The notes beneath the pieces are model-generated. The model worked only from the letters and a program-made list of their open reading frames with translations, was not told the DNA's origin and did not search any database. Source: the human T2T-CHM13v2.0 reference genome, Homo sapiens. From it: 64,000 nucleotides of DNA. Position numbers and translations under genes: made by a program. Below, piece after piece: positions 59,927 through 64,000 of this stretch (position 1 is its first letter; the number at the start of each line of letters is the position of its first letter). The DNA is taken from assembly GCF_009914755.1 (NCBI RefSeq), contig NC_060925.1; one strand, given 5' to 3'.

Positions 59927-61376
59927 TTCACACATGAAGGGTAGCCAAATCAGTAGTTCATTAGATGTTTCTGATTCCTTTGGTGGCACTGGACAAGGTA
60001 GCTCGTGTATCTTGAACACCTGAACAGGACTCTGACTCCTGTGCCCCTTCATATGGCTCCCATGTCTCATTTCTTTGGCCATTATCCTAGAGCTTCTGTG
60101 GTTATTGGACATAAATATCTTGCTGGCTCTATTATAACTGCAAGCTGATTTGCAGTCATGTTTGGTAAGATGTGTAATTTCCTCTAAATCACATGCATCA
60201 TAACAGGACAGGGCTGGTTTAGAATGATTTGAATGTGTAATTACGCAATATAGAATATTTTCGAAGGAAAAATCACCTGTATATGCAAATAATGTGATTT
60301 GATTCTACGCCTTGTGTACCATATAAGCCTTAGTGGAAAAACTGCTGTGTTGCTTTCTTTTGAAAATGGATATTTAGAATAGAAGAAAACTGTCCATTGA
60401 CGGATGACTCTGAGTTGAACTTGTCAGGAATGAGCCCAAGAAAAAGCATGTTGAATGACTTCTGATAAACTGTCTCTGTTGTGCTTAGCACTTCCTGGAC
60501 TTCCTTCTCACTAATGCCTATCTTTGCTGGCCTTATTCCTTGTGCTTATTATGTTTTTCCTGCCAATAGTACTTGAGTCTGGAAGGGCTTGGGGGAGGGA
60601 GAGGAGATGGTTTTACACTTAGTAACATGTTGCTGCTATTTCTGGTTGCTGCTTGAGGAGTTCCTTCCTTGAGCTTAAGTGGATGAGCAGGCAGGAACCT
60701 TGCAGAACTCTGGAATTTTGGTATTAGATGGAGTGGGATTTATTTTAGATATGCTTGGACCTTGGAGTAAGAATTTATTGAAAGTCAAAATATGAAGGGA
60801 CAACAGGGACAAGAATTTTGACTCAGCCAGTTAGTTATTAACTGTGTAACTTCTGTCATGTTATTAAATCACTCTGAACTTTAGTGTCTTTGTATTTCAT
60901 GTAGCTAATGGGAGTAAATATATTTTAAAGGATAACCAAGTGTCTAGCTCAGGGCCTAAGGTAGGAGCAGTCAATAAACAGAAATGTAAATATGAGAGCA
61001 GTTCATTTAGTGCCAGGGCACAGAACCGGGAAGGTGGTAAACATGTAGCTCCTAAGCCTGAATGAAACTGAAATCTAATTTGTAGACCTGCAGATTTCAA
61101 TATGGTCAATCCTCTGCCCCCAGGTTTTTAAGATATGGTTCACGGACCTTTGGATGTGGTGCAAAGCCATGCTTGGGGCTTTCTGAAGAAAATGCTAGAC
61201 CTGGCTAGTCATAGTTATTTCTTTAGTTTTAAACTACAAAGATTTAAAAACATATACAAAAGTAAATAAAATAGCATATGAATATCCACATACCTCTCAC
61301 CCAGCTTAGACAGTTATTAATTGATGGTCAGGCTGGTTTCATCTCTACCTCTGCCTCCACTTGCTCTTCCCCCCAG

Positions 61377-61722
<346 letters not shown>

Positions 61723-62494
61723 CCCCCAGATTATTTTGAAGCAAATTCCAAATATCACATAATTTCATCTATGACATGTTTATTGTATCCTTATTTAATT
61801 TCTATATTTGTAATGTTTTATAATATGTATAATATATTGGTACACTAGTATATAAAATTTACAATTCACAAATAAATATAAATATTTTGGAGGTTGTTTA
61901 GGCTACATTTTTTAACAATGATGTGCCTGAATAAAACCATTGGTGACTCTCCTAGATTTTTACAAATTAGTTAATACCTTTGCCCAGCAAATTCCCCAGC
62001 CTTCCAGTTGTAATGCCAAGCTTCTTTGGGGAAGCTCCTCTGGGTCTGTCCCTAATTGTGCTGTCTGGCCCTTGATTTCATGCCTGGCTTTCTCCACAAG
62101 ACTGGGAGGGTCCTTGTTTTTCTTAAAGGCTGGCATATAGTCTAGGCACACACATTGGACTACTGCAATATGAACTGCATCTACTGCTTGTCCCTGTTCT
62201 CTCCCCCTTCCAGAAGAGACAAGAGTCAGAAAAGGACTAAGCGAGATAGCTGTAACTGGGAGAGAAGAGAGGCAGATTGAAGAGGAAGAGCTGGACTAAT
62301 ATATAATGTCTTCTGATCAGTCTGTCAGCAAATATTCACTGGATTCCTTATTGCAGGGAGGCTGAGAGTGATACAGGACATCCAGTGCCTCCCCCTAAGA
62401 CCCCAGAGCTCTGTCCTATCCAGAGAGGCTAAACCAACTTGGATGGCTCAAGACAATATAGAAATAAACGCTAAAATATGGGATCTAGAGTACA

Positions 62495-62857
62495 CCCAGG
62501 GTTGCTATATCGAATTCATGTTTCTAGAGGTCAGTTCAACACAATGAATGAAGTGGACCAGGTGTAGGTAAGCAGGGAGTGGTGCTGGATGTTGCAAGCT
62601 GGAGGACATGTGCCAAGGGTGAAGGGGGGCAGGACCACTCAGTTACTCTGTTGCCCAGTAGCCATGTGGGTCCAATGTTGTCACATGACTTTGTTTTTTA
62701 TGAGAAGCTGGGTGTCTGTTTTTTCCATAAAATATCTTTAAATTTTTGGCAACTAATTCAGTTTAAAAAAAAAAAAAAAGAAAAACACACTATGTGGGCC
62801 AAACCAAACATGTCTGCAGGCTGGATAGGGCCAAAGGCCACCAATTTGCAGTGTCTG
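62495..62857 (-). mobile_element. MER102-like hAT-Charlie element
   Basis: acactatgtgggccaaaccaaacatgtctgcagg...ccaccaatttgcagtgtctg terminus. Confidence 0.6.
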
Positions 62858-64000
62858 GGTTAGAATTATTCAGCGGGTTACAAAAAGAAAATGCAGTGCT
62901 TGTGTGCAGGTTATGGGGAAGCCAATTTCTTTGTGATACAAAGGAGAACTTTCTGATAGAAGAGTTCTAGAATGGATTGCTTTGAGATATGAGCTTGTCA
63001 TCATAATGACTTCAACACAGATGAATGTTTACTTGGTGCCAGGCACTATGTTAGGTTTGAGATACCTACCCATCAGTTAATTTCTGATGTAATGAATGTT
63101 ATGAGAGGAGGTTCAGGATGCTTGGAGAAAGTGTCAGGGATGTTAACCTATTTAAGGGCACAGAGGGATTCTGGCAGGCCTCCCTAAGAAAGTGGAATGA
63201 ATTAGGAGTTGGTTAGTGAAAGAGTGGACCTCCCAGAAGGCTCCTTTTTGAGGAAAAGCATAGCACCTTTGATGAGTGGAAAGATGGCATTATGGTTTTG
63301 GAGTTTAGAGAACTAGTGGGAAGAAAGGGCATAAATAGAGGTGGGAGAAATAGGCAGAGGTCAAGCTGGGGGCTGTTACTTGGATCCTTCATGTCAGTAA
63401 AGACTTGTTCTGCGGGCAGCAGAACACTCAACTCACACTGGCAAGAAAGGAAGCTACCACCCTATGCGGTTGAAGTGTCTGGGGTAGATCTTTGGGCAGG
63501 ACTGGATTGGGGCTCAAAGCATGTGGCCAGTATGCTGTTTTTCTCCCTTTGCTTGCCTACTTCTTAAATAGGTTCTCCCCTCTATTTCAATATGGCTGGC
63601 AGTAGCTTATCAGTGTTTGAGTTGGGAACTAGCTGCTGCTTGTGCCCAAGTTCCTTGTATTTGGAGGTGGTGTGCTCTGAGGAGAAGAAACAAAAATCTG
63701 GAGAAAGCTTAGAACCTAGAAAACTCAGCCAAAGTGACTTCAGACTCAGACACTTCAGCAGTCACCAGTTGCCAAGGCCTGCTACATTTCTGGATTCTGC
63801 CTCCCCAAGTCCAGTTGGAGCCTGCAAGGTGGACTCCCTGCTTCTGCTCCAAAGACAGGCTGGCTGCCCAGTGTGGTCCCTCCTGTGGAGTTGTGCAAAT
63901 CCAGGCTTATCAGGCCTGCCATTTCTCCCTGACCTCTCAGATCTACAGATCACTGGCTGCTATGAGAACAGGGATGGACCAGAGAGACAGTCAAATCTGC

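Overview
Human (primate) genomic DNA, not prokaryotic. About 53.5 kb of repeat-rich intergenic sequence is followed by a CpG island containing the promoter, 5'UTR and first coding exon of CACHD1 (54542-54739, + strand; signal peptide MARQPEEEETAVARARRPPLWLLCLVACWLLGAGAEA..., GT donor at 54740), then about 9 kb of intron 1. The repeats include an SVA 3' end with a nested AluY, about 30 Alus (two are AluYb8), L1 3' ends, MaLR/ERV LTRs, MIR/L2 relics, and MADE1/MER DNA transposons. Apart from the CACHD1 exon and a dead L1 ORF2 tip, the ORF track is repeat or low-complexity noise. I see no evidence for a new gene or multi-gene system. The most interesting unexplained structures are: an L1PA3 3' transduction inside a split MIR (45.1-45.9 kb); a probable SVA 3' transduction (0.7-0.9 kb); a templated-insertion/inversion scar at 13.1-14.1 kb; a palindromic E-box minisatellite about 4.4 kb upstream of the CACHD1 ATG; and the CACHD1 5' regulatory layout (consensus NF-kB site, PBX-HOX site, strong-Kozak uORF, cryptic acceptor). 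Repeat family names come from recalled consensus sequences, and boundaries of old repeats are approximate.
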